From: Dehalococcoidia bacterium
Lineage (GTDB): Bacteria > Chloroflexota > Dehalococcoidia > Plut-88900
Reading direction: 5' to 3'
DNA: 64,000 nt
NCBI GenBank assembly: GCA_965197645.1
Contig: OZ240219.1
Location: forward strand, 128,001-192,000
In this document: piece by piece, positions 9,971-20,127 of the stretch
Numbering within the stretch: the stretch's first letter is position 1
Layout of the letters: each line of letters starts with the position of its first letter
Program-made: the position numbers and the translations under genes
Notes under the pieces: generated by a model
Databases searched by the model: none
What the model was told of the DNA's origin: nothing
What the model saw: only the letters and a program-made list of their open reading frames with translations

Positions 9971-10096
9971 TGCGACCTCCCTGAGTGGGTGTGGATTTGT
10001 TGTTGCCGGCGTATTGTATCGCAAACGGCCGCGGTGGGTATGGTGGCGAACATCGGGTATAATCGTTCCATCCATAGCCGACCCTTGGAGGAGCCT

Positions 10097-11710
10097 ATGC
10101 CCGCCGATCTCATCTTCATCAATGGACAAGTTTTGACCGTGGACGACCGGTTCTCAGTCCACGAAGCCTTGGCGACGGACGAGAACCGCATTCTCGCCGT
10201 GGGCAGCACGGATGAGGTGTCGGAGCTCCGTGGGCCCAACACCCAGGTGCTGGACCTGAAGGGCCGAGCGCTTCTCCCGGGCCTGATCGACGCTCACTGC
10301 CACCTGGCATCCCACGGCTTCGATCTGATGGGCGTCAGGGTGCGCTATCCCGAGGTCCAGTCCATCGCGGACGTCCAGGCAAAGGTGAGGGAGGCGGTGT
10401 CCCAGGCCAAGGCAGGTGAGTGGATATCGGGATCGGGCTGGGACCAGCGGAGACTGGAAGAGCAGAGAATGCCCAACCGGGCCGACCTGGACGCCGTCGC
10501 ACCGAACAACCCGGTGGTCCTTGGCAGGGCCTGCGGTCACATATCGTCGGTCAATTCCAGGGCCCTGGAGTTGGCCCGGCTCCACGAAGAGGTGGCCGAC
10601 CCGCCCGGAGGTCGCTATGGTCGAGACGACGACGGCCGGTTGAACGGGGTGCTGTTCGAGACGGCGCAGGCGCCCGTACAGGCGATCACCCAGCCCGAAG
10701 AAGAGGAGCTGAGAAAGGCGCTCATCGAGGGGTCGAAGCACTACCTCTCCTATGGCATCACCAGCATCCACGATGCGGGCGGGCACTCGGGGGACCAGTT
10801 CCGCATGCTCAACTCGCTCCAGGAGACCCAAGTAAAGCTGCGGGTCTACAACTTCGCCATCGATATGGTGGACCCGGAGGGCTACCTGGACAACTGCGTC
10901 GCCGCGGGGATGTCGACGGGACTGGGCACGCCGTGGGTAAAGGTGGGGGCCTGCAAGTTCGTCACCGACGGCAGTACCAGCGGCCCGACCTGCGCCACTC
11001 GCAAACCGTACGATTCCGACCCCCACGATACCGGCATCATCTACTACGAACAGGAGCAGATGGACGCCCTGTACGACAAGGCCCATAAGGGCGGCTTCCA
11101 GCTTACGGCCCACGCCGTGGGCGATCGGGCCATAGATATGGTGGTCACGTCCATGGAGCGGGCCTTCGCCGACCGGCCAATCCAGGACCCGCGGCCCCGC
11201 ATCGAGCACTGCGCTCTCCTGGACCTGGAGCTGATCGAACGGATCAGAAGGTTGGGCCTGTGCCCGGCAGCCCAGCCCGTATTTTTCAACGAGTTCGGAG
11301 ACGGCTACCTGAGGGACTACGGCGAACGGACCAGGTACATGTTTCCCGCCAGGACGTTGCTGGAGCACGGGATTCCGGTGGCCGCCAGTTCAGACTCTCC
11401 GGTAACCACCAACGACCCCTACATGGGCATGTACGAGGCGATGACGCGAGCTACTTCCGGCGGACAGACTGTCTACTCCGAGGAGACGGTGACCATCGAG
11501 CAGGCGATACGGATGTACACCCGCAACGGCGCCCACGCCGCGTTCGAGGAGTCGATAAAGGGCACTTTGGAGCCTGGCAAGTTGGCCGACTTGGCTATAC
11601 TTTCAGGGCCAATCCTGGGCTTGGGAGCCGACGATGTCCGGCAGCTCGGGGCGGACATGACTGTAGTCGGTGGGGAGATCGTCCACGATAGGGGACGCAT
11701 CTCGGCGTAG
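10097..11710 (+). CDS. amidohydrolase_3 family protein (YtcJ/NfdA-like)
   Basis: LLPGLIDAHCH, HAVGDRA, RIEH, SSDSP, GTLEPGKLADL; ATG 10097 after GGAGGAG. Confidence 0.9.
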   Translation: MPADLIFINGQVLTVDDRFSVHEALATDENRILAVGSTDEVSELRGPNTQVLDLKGRALLPGLIDAHCHLASHGFDLMGVRVRYPEVQSIADVQAKVREAVSQAKAGEWISGSGWDQRRLEEQRMPNRADLDAVAPNNPVVLGRACGHISSVNSRALELARLHEEVADPPGGRYGRDDDGRLNGVLFETAQAPVQAITQPEEEELRKALIEGSKHYLSYGITSIHDAGGHSGDQFRMLNSLQETQVKLRVYNFAIDMVDPEGYLDNCVAAGMSTGLGTPWVKVGACKFVTDGSTSGPTCATRKPYDSDPHDTGIIYYEQEQMDALYDKAHKGGFQLTAHAVGDRAIDMVVTSMERAFADRPIQDPRPRIEHCALLDLELIERIRRLGLCPAAQPVFFNEFGDGYLRDYGERTRYMFPARTLLEHGIPVAASSDSPVTTNDPYMGMYEAMTRATSGGQTVYSEETVTIEQAIRMYTRNGAHAAFEESIKGTLEPGKLADLAILSGPILGLGADDVRQLGADMTVVGGEIVHDRGRISA

Positions 11711-11713
11711 CGA

Positions 11714-11895
11714 ACAGGATGATACGTGCTGAAAAAACACGGGGTGTGCAGAGGGGCTGCGCCCCTCTGCAGGGAGTCTGAGAGCCTGCCCTGAGCCCGC
11801 CGAAGGGGTGTCCCTCAGATATTATTTCCGCCCCCTTTCCTGGGCAGTAAGGGGACCATGGGGACGGTCGCAGGAGTCTTACAGCAGCCCGATAG
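11714..11895 (+). mobile_element. MITE-like family A copy with a nested REP-like palindrome (about 11782-11808)
   Basis: Ends TGCTGAAAAAA...TTACAGCAGCCC; core GGGGTGTGCAGAGGGGCTGCGCCCCTCTGC..GGGAGTCTGAG..GTGTCCCTCAGAT shared with 62391-62532. Confidence 0.65.
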
Positions 11896-11922
11896 GGTTC
11901 GAGCTTTGACTGGAGACCGGAT

Positions 11923-12582
11923 ATGAACGGAGTTCACGATATGGGCGGCATGCACGGGTTCGGGCCTGTGGCACCCGAGGAGAACGAGCCCGTTTTCCAC
12001 GAGGAGTGGGAAGGCCGGGTGTTCGGGATGTCGGTGGGATTCGGAGGGAAGCTGCGGGTCGGCGGCCGCTTCGAGCTGGAGAGTCTGGACCCGGCAGACT
12101 ACCTGAGTTTCAGCTACTACCAGAAGTGGCTGCAGGCGATGGAGAACTCGCTGGTGGAACGGGGCGTTGTTACCGCCGACGAGCTGGAAGCGAAAATCGA
12201 GCACTATCGCCGGAACCCCGAGACGCCGGTGCCGAGACTGGAGGACCCCGAGCGGGTGCCGCGGTCGATAAGCCGGCTCAGGCTTCATTACTCCCCGGTG
12301 GTGGAATCGGACGTCGTTCCCCGATACAGCATCGGAGACCGGGCGAGGGCGCGCAACGTCAACCCGCCGGGACATACCCGTCTGCCCAGGTACATCCGGG
12401 GTAAGCTGTGCGTAATCGCCGGGTACTACGGCATCCACGAGCTGCAGGACACGGAAAACAGCGGAGACCCCCAGCCGGTGTATAGCGTTCGGTTCGAAAG
12501 CGCGGAGCTGTGGGGTGAGACCGCCGAGCAGAACCAGGCGCTTTACATAGACATGTGGGAGAGCTACCTGGAGCCCGCCTAG
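11923..12582 (+). CDS. nthB: nitrile hydratase beta subunit
   Basis: MNGVHDMGGMHGFGPV, GHTRLPRYIRGK, LYIDMWESYLEP. Confidence 0.97.
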   Translation: MNGVHDMGGMHGFGPVAPEENEPVFHEEWEGRVFGMSVGFGGKLRVGGRFELESLDPADYLSFSYYQKWLQAMENSLVERGVVTADELEAKIEHYRRNPETPVPRLEDPERVPRSISRLRLHYSPVVESDVVPRYSIGDRARARNVNPPGHTRLPRYIRGKLCVIAGYYGIHELQDTENSGDPQPVYSVRFESAELWGETAEQNQALYIDMWESYLEPA

Positions 12583-12594
12583 AGGAGCAGATAT

Positions 12595-13218
12595 ATGAGT
12601 GGCCAGCATAAATCGGAGCATCACCCGCAGCCGGAATCCTACTCAGCCATGCGCACCAAGGCTTTGGAGTCGCTTCTGGTGGAGAAGGGCCTGATAAGAA
12701 GCGACGTCGTGGACGAGATAGTCCGGACATATGAACAGGACATCGGGCCGTTGAACGGCGCCAAGGTGGTGGCCCGGGCCTGGGTAGACCCCGACTACAA
12801 AAAGAGGCTCCTCGGAAATGGGACCCAAGCTGTGGCGGAGATGGGGTATGAGGGCGCTGAGGGGGCCGAGATTGTGGTGCTGGAGAACACCCCCGACGTA
12901 CACAACGTGGTGGTATGTACTCTGTGCTCCTGCTATCCGTGGCCGGTACTCGGTCTGCCGCCCACCTGGTACAAGTCGCCGGCATATCGGTCCAGGGCGG
13001 TGCTGGAGCCCCGGTCCGTCCTCAAGGAGTTCGGCCTGGAGCTGGACGACTCGGTGGAGGTGAGGGTGTGGGACAGCAACTCGGAGGTCCGGTACATGGT
13101 GCTGCCCGATCGCCCCGAGGGGACGGAGGGGTTGAGCGAAGAGGGGCTGGTGCCCCTGGTAACCCGTGATTCGATGATCGGGGTTGCGAAAGCCTCGACA
13201 CCGGCGGCGGTGGGATAG
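12595..13218 (+). CDS. nthA: nitrile hydratase alpha subunit, cobalt type
   Basis: Metal-binding motif VVCTLCSCY (the Thr/Tyr pattern of Co-type enzymes); GAKVVARAW. Confidence 0.97.
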   Translation: MSGQHKSEHHPQPESYSAMRTKALESLLVEKGLIRSDVVDEIVRTYEQDIGPLNGAKVVARAWVDPDYKKRLLGNGTQAVAEMGYEGAEGAEIVVLENTPDVHNVVVCTLCSCYPWPVLGLPPTWYKSPAYRSRAVLEPRSVLKEFGLELDDSVEVRVWDSNSEVRYMVLPDRPEGTEGLSEEGLVPLVTRDSMIGVAKASTPAAVG

Positions 13219-13228
13219 GAGTTTCGCC

Positions 13229-13570
13229 ATGCCCGTATCACCGGACAGACAGGTCTCCGACATGAAGGGAAAGTCGGCCCCGCCTCGGAGTAACGGGGAG
13301 CTGGTGTTCCAGGCGCCCTGGGAAGGTCGGGCCTTCGGGCTGGCGGTGGCCATGAACCACGACGGGCGCTACGAGTGGACCGACTTCGCCGGCAACCTGG
13401 TAGCAGAAATCGCTGAGTCCGAGAAGAGTCGTGCTTCCCAGGTATACTACGAGCAGTGGTTGGCGGCGTTAGAGAAGCTGGCCATCTCCAGAGGTATGGT
13501 CTCGAAAGAGGAGTTGGACGCGCGGACCGAGGAGTTCGCCTCCGGGCAGCAAGACGACCACGATCACTAG
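13229..13570 (+). CDS. nitrile hydratase accessory/activator protein (P14K/NhlE-like)
   Basis: PPRSNGELVFQAPWEGRAFG, YYEQWLAALE, C-terminal DDHDH; directly after nthA. Confidence 0.9.
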   Translation: MPVSPDRQVSDMKGKSAPPRSNGELVFQAPWEGRAFGLAVAMNHDGRYEWTDFAGNLVAEIAESEKSRASQVYYEQWLAALEKLAISRGMVSKEELDARTEEFASGQQDDHDH

Positions 13571-13665
13571 CAGACTGATGACATCTGGGGTGTGCAGAGG
13601 GGTTTCGCCCCTTTTCCGGGAGCCTGAGGATAGCCCCCAACCCCGCGTTAATCTGCCCTCCCACC
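13567..13665 (+). repeat. MITE-like family A, degenerate copy
   Basis: CTAG-CAGACTGATGA..GGGGTGTGCAGAGGGGTTTCGCCCCTTT..CCGGGAGCCTGAGG. Confidence 0.6.
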
Positions 13666-13838
13666 CACTCTGAGAAGTTTTAGATTTTGGGGGCGCATCC
13701 CCCCAAAACCCCCGCCTTGGGACACGAGTGTCCCGAGGCTCCCAGTCACTTGTTTAACCAGCCCCAGTCCTGCCCATAAGGGAAAGAAACCCTCTGCGCT
13801 CCCTCAATGCTGGATTCTGAGACAAGCTCAAAAGTAAC

Positions 13839-14717
13839 ATGACCGAGTGGGTTGGGAGTTTCAAGAAAGCCATCGGAGGGCAGGACGTGAGGGCCGCCCT
13901 AGACGTGCTGGCAACCCGATCGACGGACCACGCCGGCACGCCGAAGAAGGCGGACAAGGAGTTGGCCCTCGAGGCGGTCATGGAGTCACTGGACGCGGAC
14001 GAGAGCCGGCACCAGCTAGCGATATCGCTATCGCGGGAGCCCGAGCCGGTGGCGCAGGAGTTGGCAGCGTTAATCCTGGCCTGTACCTATCCGGTGAGTC
14101 CCAAAGAATCGATCGATATCCTCTACCGGATCTGCGACCATGAAAACTGGGAAGTGCGCGAGTACGCTGCCGGCACCCTCGGCACGCTGCTCACCGAACA
14201 TTGGGACGATCTCTATCCGGTGTGCCTGCGCTGGGTGACGGACCCTTCCGAGAACATCCGTCGGGCCGTGGTGTTGGCGGCCAAGTACACGGCTCGATCT
14301 CGCAAGGCTGAGTGGAGCGTCCCTCTCCTCGACCTGATCGAGCCGCTGCTATCGGACCGGACGGAGTACGTGAGGAAGAACCTGGGGCCTTTCGCCATCG
14401 GAGACGGGTTTCTCCGATACTACGAGGAAGAGACGCTGAAACGGCTGCCTGTGTGGAGCAGATCGGAGAACGAGGCGGTGCTGTGGAACGTGGCCATGAC
14501 CTTCTCGGCCTCCGATGGGGCAAAGCACCTTACATTGGCCCTGGATCTGCTGGGCAAGCTGGCGGAGGATGAGCGGCCCTTTGTGTGGCGGGCGGCTGCA
14601 TCTGCGCTGAGGACTCTGGCCCGTAAGCGTCCGCAGGAGGTGACTCCGGTGTTGGAGACGTGGCTGGATGGACCTCGGCGTCAATGCGCGGAAAGGGCGC
14701 TGGGGAAGAAGAGATAA
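13839..14717 (+). CDS. HEAT-repeat protein, DNA alkylation repair (AlkD-like) family
   Basis: Helical repeats DHENWEVRE, WVTDPSENIRRA, LLSDRTEYVRKN, LAEDERPFVWRAAA. Confidence 0.7.
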   Translation: MTEWVGSFKKAIGGQDVRAALDVLATRSTDHAGTPKKADKELALEAVMESLDADESRHQLAISLSREPEPVAQELAALILACTYPVSPKESIDILYRICDHENWEVREYAAGTLGTLLTEHWDDLYPVCLRWVTDPSENIRRAVVLAAKYTARSRKAEWSVPLLDLIEPLLSDRTEYVRKNLGPFAIGDGFLRYYEEETLKRLPVWSRSENEAVLWNVAMTFSASDGAKHLTLALDLLGKLAEDERPFVWRAAASALRTLARKRPQEVTPVLETWLDGPRRQCAERALGKKR

Positions 14718-14779
14718 ACGAAGGGGGCGTACCGATGACATCGGTACGCCCCCTATTCTGCGTTTCCAGGTGTGACGAG

Positions 14780-15043
14780 CTAACCGCCGCTGATGGCGGG
14801 GAGGAAGTAGACCTCGCTCTCCTCGGTGACCTTTTCCAGCATGCCCAGAGGGGTCACTTCGCCGTCTACGGCGACGGAGATGTTGCCCCGTATCTTGTTC
14901 TTTTCGACCAGCCGTTCCTTGATGCCCGGAAAGGACTCCTCCAGGCTGTCGATGACCTGCCGCACAGTGGAGCCGGGTACAGTGACCCGGTCCTGACCCT
15001 CGGTCAGGTCTCGCATCAGGGCTGGAATGAATACCTGGGGCAT
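14780..15043 (-). CDS. MoaD/ThiS family sulfur carrier
   Basis: 87 aa ubiquitin-like protein ending FLPAISGG. Confidence 0.9.
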   Translation of the reverse strand: MPQVFIPALMRDLTEGQDRVTVPGSTVRQVIDSLEESFPGIKERLVEKNKIRGNISVAVDGEVTPLGMLEKVTEESEVYFLPAISGG

Positions 15044-15049
15044 GGGGGT

Positions 15050-17320
15050 CTACCCGCCGTTCTTCTTCTCGTTAATCGCATCCAGGATGGCACTGGGCTT
15101 CATGGGAAGTACCTCCATTCGGACGCCGACAGCATCGTGGATGGCGGCGCCCAAGGCAGCGGGCGGCGGTACGATATTGACCTCGCCTACACCCCGCACC
15201 CCGAAGGGATGACCCGGGTTGGTTACCTCGACGATAACGGTATCGATCATCGGCAGGTCCAGGCTGGTGGGCATGCGATAGTCCAGCCACGTGGCATTCA
15301 TCATCTGGCCGTCTTCGCTCATGTAGTACTCTTCGTTGAGGCCCCAGCCGATACCTTGGGCCGCGCCGCCCTGCATCTGACCCTCGACGTAGCTCGGGTG
15401 GATCGCTTTGCCGACGTCCTGGACCATGGTGAATCGAAGGACGGAGACCTTGCCGGTCTCATCGTCGATCTCGACGTCTGCGATAGACCCTGCAAAGCCT
15501 CCGCCGGCTCCCACTGCGTTAACGTCGCCGACCCCGGTTATGGGCCCGCCGGTGTCGACCAGCTGACCGGCCAGCTCTTTGAAGGTCATACTGAGCTCCG
15601 GGTCAGACGTGGAGGCGATGACGCCGTTGTTCATCTCTATCGTTTCTGCGTCCACGTCCCAGATGGAGGCGGCCCGCTCGACGAGCTGCCGTTTGACGCT
15701 GTTGGCGGCCTCATGAGCGGCCCAACCCTGCTTGAAGGTCACGCTGCTTCCGCCTGTCCCGCTGGTGTAACCCACGGAATCGGTGTCGACAACGGCCGGG
15801 TGGACGTCCTCGGCCGGGATGCCGAGCACCTCGGCCGCCTGCATAGCGGTGGTGGCCCTGGTGCCTCCTATATCGGGCGAACCCTCTCGGAGGCTGACGG
15901 TGCCATCGGTGTTCACTTTGATGGTACAGCTGGCCGGCCCCCCGAAGTTCATCCAGTACCCCACTCCCACTCCGCGACCGCGGTTGGGGCCCTCCAGGGG
16001 CGCCTTCATGTGGGGATGATCGTGCATGGCCTGGAGTACCTCTTCACAGCCGACCTTGTGGAAGGGCACGCCATCCGCCCGGCGGGTGCCGTCTTTGGCC
16101 GCGTTCTTCATGCGAAATTCCAGAGGATCGAACCCCAGCTTCTGGGCTAGCTCGTTGACGAGGGACTCCGAGGCGAAGCCCGCATTGGTGGCGCCCGGCG
16201 CCCGGTATGCCGAGGTCTTGGGCTTGTTTACCACTACGTCCAGCCCATCGATGAGGACGTTGGGAATGTCGTAGCAACCGAGGACACACAGCGCACCGGC
16301 GTCTACGGGCGAGCCCGGATAGGCGCCCGCCTCGTAGGCCAGGTAGGCCTGGGCCGCCATGAGCTTGCCCTCCTTGTTTGCCCCCATCTTGATCTTGATG
16401 TAGGAGCCCGGGGTTGGGCCTGTGCTCTCGAACTCTTCGCCACGGCTGTGCAGGATTTTGACGGGATTTCCGGTCTTCCTCGAGAGAACGGCGGCAACCG
16501 GATCACCGTAAGGCTCGAACTTGCCACCGAATCCACCACCTATCTCCATGGGCACCAGGGTTACATCGGACTCATCCAGCCCCAGAATCTGGGCGGTGGC
16601 GTCTCTCACCTCGAAGGGGCCCTGGGTGCTGCACCAGATGGTGACTTTGCCGTCCTTGTTCCAGAACACTGTCGAGTTGTGGGGTTCGATATAGCCTTGA
16701 TGGACCGTCTGGGTGCGGAACTCTCGCTCCACAACGACGTCCGAGTCGGCGAAACCCTTCTCGACGTCGCCCAGCTTCATCTGAAGGTGCTTGGCGATGT
16801 TACTGGACTCTTTACTGAGCTCACCGCCTCGTTCGGTCTTCAGGTCCTCGTGCAGCAGGGGTGCGTCTTCCTTTATCCCGGCCAGCACGTCGACTACAGG
16901 TGGCAACACCTCGTATTCCACGTCTATCAGCGCTATCGCCTCCTCAGCGATGTGCGCATTCAACGCGGCAACGGCGGCCACGGGATGTCCTCTGTAGAGG
17001 ACCTTTTCGCTGGCCAGCACGTGCTCCCTCATATCCTTCAGCCCACCGGTGGCCCCGGACGGGAAGTCCTTGCCGGTGGCCACGGCCCGCACGCCTTCCA
17101 GAGCTTCCGCTTTGGAGGTGTCTATAGACTTGATGCGAGCGTGGGCGTAGGGGCTGCGAAGAAACTTGCCGTGCAGCAGGTTGGCGGGGTGGATATCGGC
17201 GCCGTACTGGGCACGGCCGGTAACCTTGTCCCACCCATCGTGACGAATGGGCCGGGTGCCCACAACGTTGAACTTCTCCCCTTCGAGGACCACATTAGGT
17301 TCATAGTCCGTAGTCGTCAT
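15050..17320 (-). CDS. xanthine dehydrogenase family molybdopterin-binding subunit (copy 2)
   Basis: KVTGRAQYGAD, GYIEPH, IGGGFGGK, AYRAPG, GQMQGG, RGVGE. Confidence 0.92.
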   Translation of the reverse strand: MTTTDYEPNVVLEGEKFNVVGTRPIRHDGWDKVTGRAQYGADIHPANLLHGKFLRSPYAHARIKSIDTSKAEALEGVRAVATGKDFPSGATGGLKDMREHVLASEKVLYRGHPVAAVAALNAHIAEEAIALIDVEYEVLPPVVDVLAGIKEDAPLLHEDLKTERGGELSKESSNIAKHLQMKLGDVEKGFADSDVVVEREFRTQTVHQGYIEPHNSTVFWNKDGKVTIWCSTQGPFEVRDATAQILGLDESDVTLVPMEIGGGFGGKFEPYGDPVAAVLSRKTGNPVKILHSRGEEFESTGPTPGSYIKIKMGANKEGKLMAAQAYLAYEAGAYPGSPVDAGALCVLGCYDIPNVLIDGLDVVVNKPKTSAYRAPGATNAGFASESLVNELAQKLGFDPLEFRMKNAAKDGTRRADGVPFHKVGCEEVLQAMHDHPHMKAPLEGPNRGRGVGVGYWMNFGGPASCTIKVNTDGTVSLREGSPDIGGTRATTAMQAAEVLGIPAEDVHPAVVDTDSVGYTSGTGGSSVTFKQGWAAHEAANSVKRQLVERAASIWDVDAETIEMNNGVIASTSDPELSMTFKELAGQLVDTGGPITGVGDVNAVGAGGGFAGSIADVEIDDETGKVSVLRFTMVQDVGKAIHPSYVEGQMQGGAAQGIGWGLNEEYYMSEDGQMMNATWLDYRMPTSLDLPMIDTVIVEVTNPGHPFGVRGVGEVNIVPPPAALGAAIHDAVGVRMEVLPMKPSAILDAINEKKNGG

Positions 17321-17360
17321 CTACTGGCCTCCGTCTATCCGGGCAGCGTTGCCGGGGCTG

Positions 17361-19643
17361 TTATTTCTTCTGTTCCCAAATTGCTTTCATAATGGCGCCG
17401 GGATTCATTGGGGTAGAACGCAAGCGGGCCCCACAGGCATGTTTGATGGCGTTGGCCATTACGGCAAGAGGAGGCACGATGCTCGCCTCTCCGACCCCTC
17501 TTACCCCGTACGGATGCCCGGGATTGGCAACCTCCACGATGACCGTATCGAGCATGGGTAGGTCCAGTCCGGTGGGCATCCGGTAGTCCAGGAAGCTGCT
17601 GTTGGTGAACTCGCCATTGTCGTTGTAGAAGTACTCCTCGTTGAGGGCCCAGCCGATGCCCTGGGCGGCGCCGCCCTGCAGTTGGCCTTCGACGTAGCTG
17701 GGATGGACGGCCTTGCCGGCGTCCTGTACCGCCGTGTACCTCAGGACATCTACTTTGCCCGTCTCAGGGTCCACCTCCACGTCGGCTATGGCGCCGGCAA
17801 AGGAACCACCGATGCCGGTAGGGTTGACCGAGGCGCGTCCCACCACCGGGCCGCCTACGTCCCTAGCCTGTGCCGCCAGCTCCTTGAAGGTCATCTTCAG
17901 CTCGGAATCGGACTTGGAGCTGATGACTCCCTTTTCGTACTGGATGGTGTCCACGTCGACGTCCCATATCCGGGCGGCTCGCTGGATCATCTCGCGTTTT
18001 ACGTCCTGAGCGGCCTCATAGGCAGCCCAGCCCGTGGCGAAAGTGGTACGACTGCCGTCTGACTGAGCGGTGAAGCCGATGGAGTCGGTGTCAACGACGG
18101 TGGGATTGACGTCCTCGGCGGCGATGCCCAGAACTTCGGCGGCCTGCATAGCCACCGATGATCTGGTGCCGCCAATGTCAGCCGAACCCTCCAGCAGGTT
18201 GATGGTGCCGTCATCGCTGACGCTGATGGTGCAAGCCGAGGGCTCGCCAATGTTGAACCAGAACCCCATCCCTACTCCGCGGCCCTGATTTGGTCCATCC
18301 AGCGGCGCCGAGTAGTGGGGGTGGTTCTTTATCGCCTCCATCACCTCGTAGGCGCCGATGCGGGGAAAGACGGGCCCGTCCACCCTGCGGGTGCCTTCTT
18401 TAGCGGCGTTTGCCAGTCTGAGATCGATGGGGTCGTGACCCAGCCCTTCGGCCAACTCGTCGATGAGCTGCTCGCTGGCATAGGCGGCGTTTGGAGCTCC
18501 CGGAGCCCTGTAGGCGGCCGCTTTGGGCTTGTTGGTTACCACGTCGTAACCGTCCACCAGCTGGTTGGGAATATCGTAAGCGGCGAACATGGTCATTGCG
18601 CCGCAGATCACCAGCGCGCCGGGGTAGGCGCCCGCTTCGTAAGCCAGGTAGGCTTGAGCGGCCACTATCTTGCCGTCCTTGGTGGCGCCCATTTTGGCCC
18701 ACGCGTAGGATGCGCAGGTGGGACCGGTGCCTTCAAAGACCTCCCGCCGATTCATCACGATCTTGACGGGATGCCCCGATTTCTTGGAGAGGAGAGCCGC
18801 TACCGGCTCGATGTAGATCTCGGTCTTGCCTCCGAAACCGCCACCGATCTCCTGGGTCATCACCTTTACCTGGGACACGGGCAGGCCAAGGATGTCCGCG
18901 GTGCGGTCTCTAACGAGAAATCCGCCCTGGGTGCTGCAGTAGACCAGGACCCGGTCATCTTCGTTCCACAGGACGGTGCAGGGATGGGGCTCTATGTACC
19001 CCTGATGCACTGTCGGGCAGGTGAACTCGCCCTCGACTACCACGTCGGCGTCGGCGAACCCCTTTTCGATATCACCCATGGATACCTGGAACTCGCTGGC
19101 GATGTTGGTGGCCTTGTCTCCGGTGCCGCCGCCCATGGTCTCGGTCCGCAGATCATCATGAAGGATGGATGCGTCGTCCTCCATTCCATCGAGTGCGGAG
19201 AACACGCCGGGAAGCACATCGTAGTCTACTTCTATCAGATCGATGGCCTCTTCTGCGATGTGGGGACTGATGGCGGCCACCGCAGCGACGGCGTGGCCCT
19301 GGTAAAGGGCCTTATCGCCCGCCAGGATGTTGTTTCGCCGGAACCTGAGTCCCTGGTCATCGCCCGGATCGGGCAGGTCCTTGCCTGTGACAACGGCTCG
19401 TACGCCCTCCAACGCATCCGCCTTGCTGGTATCGATGGAGCGGATGCGCGCATGGGCGTGAGGGCTTCGCAACACCTTGCCGTGCAGCGAGCCGGTCTTG
19501 GGAAAGTCGGCTCCGTAGTTGGCGCGGCCCGTAACTTTGTCTGCGCCATCGTGGCGGATGGGCCGGGTCCCCACCACGTCATACTCGACGTTGGATAGGA
19601 CCATGTTGGGTTCGTAGTCTTGTTTCGGTTTCGTGGTGGTCAT
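17361..19643 (-). CDS. xanthine dehydrogenase family molybdopterin-binding subunit (copy 1)
   Basis: KVTGRANYGAD, GYIEPH, IGGGFGGK, AYRAPG, GQLQGG, RGVGE. Confidence 0.92.
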   Translation of the reverse strand: MTTTKPKQDYEPNMVLSNVEYDVVGTRPIRHDGADKVTGRANYGADFPKTGSLHGKVLRSPHAHARIRSIDTSKADALEGVRAVVTGKDLPDPGDDQGLRFRRNNILAGDKALYQGHAVAAVAAISPHIAEEAIDLIEVDYDVLPGVFSALDGMEDDASILHDDLRTETMGGGTGDKATNIASEFQVSMGDIEKGFADADVVVEGEFTCPTVHQGYIEPHPCTVLWNEDDRVLVYCSTQGGFLVRDRTADILGLPVSQVKVMTQEIGGGFGGKTEIYIEPVAALLSKKSGHPVKIVMNRREVFEGTGPTCASYAWAKMGATKDGKIVAAQAYLAYEAGAYPGALVICGAMTMFAAYDIPNQLVDGYDVVTNKPKAAAYRAPGAPNAAYASEQLIDELAEGLGHDPIDLRLANAAKEGTRRVDGPVFPRIGAYEVMEAIKNHPHYSAPLDGPNQGRGVGMGFWFNIGEPSACTISVSDDGTINLLEGSADIGGTRSSVAMQAAEVLGIAAEDVNPTVVDTDSIGFTAQSDGSRTTFATGWAAYEAAQDVKREMIQRAARIWDVDVDTIQYEKGVISSKSDSELKMTFKELAAQARDVGGPVVGRASVNPTGIGGSFAGAIADVEVDPETGKVDVLRYTAVQDAGKAVHPSYVEGQLQGGAAQGIGWALNEEYFYNDNGEFTNSSFLDYRMPTGLDLPMLDTVIVEVANPGHPYGVRGVGEASIVPPLAVMANAIKHACGARLRSTPMNPGAIMKAIWEQKK

Positions 19644-19647
19644 AATG

Positions 19648-20127
19648 TTACCCCCGCATTCTGCCTGCTGCGTCCGTGACCGCTCTGACTATCTTATCGT
19701 AGCCGGTGCAGCGGCACAGGTTGTTGGCCAGCCACCACCGGATCCGGTCTTCCGTGGGATCGGGTTCATTATCCAGGAGGGCCTTGACGGCTACGATGAA
19801 GCCCGGCGTGCATACACCGCACTGGAGGGCGGCGTTGTCAAGAAAGGCCTGTTGGATGGGATGGAGCTCGCTGCCTTCGGCCACGCCCTCGATGGTCCCG
19901 ATCTCGCTGCCTTCAGCCTCTACGCCGAGAACCAGGCAGGAGGTCACGATCCGTCCGTCCATCATGACGGTGCAGGCGCCGCAGTTCCCGTCGTTGCAGC
20001 CCTCTTTGGCCCCAGTCAGCCCCACTACGTCCCGCAGCACCTCCAGAAGGCTCTGTCTGGGCTCACAGAGGAACTCCGTGTTTTCTCCGTTGATCGTCGC
20101 TTGAACATAGGATTTTCTTGGCATCAC
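19648..20127 (-). CDS. 2Fe-2S subunit of Mo-hydroxylase (CoxS/XdhC-type)
   Basis: GCNDGNCGACTV, QCGVCTPG, NLCRCTGY. Confidence 0.93.
   Translation of the reverse strand: MMPRKSYVQATINGENTEFLCEPRQSLLEVLRDVVGLTGAKEGCNDGNCGACTVMMDGRIVTSCLVLGVEAEGSEIGTIEGVAEGSELHPIQQAFLDNAALQCGVCTPGFIVAVKALLDNEPDPTEDRIRWWLANNLCRCTGYDKIVRAVTDAAGRMRG

Noticed and set aside
9158-10096. N-terminal 313 aa of the 850-aa ORF as a fusion domain
   Set aside because: This is the antisense of the SDR at 9176-9970; the real start is ATG 10097 with a strong RBS.
15050-19643. Aerobic CO dehydrogenase (coxL)
   Set aside because: The active-site loop is AYRAPG, not AYXCSFR or AYXGAGR.
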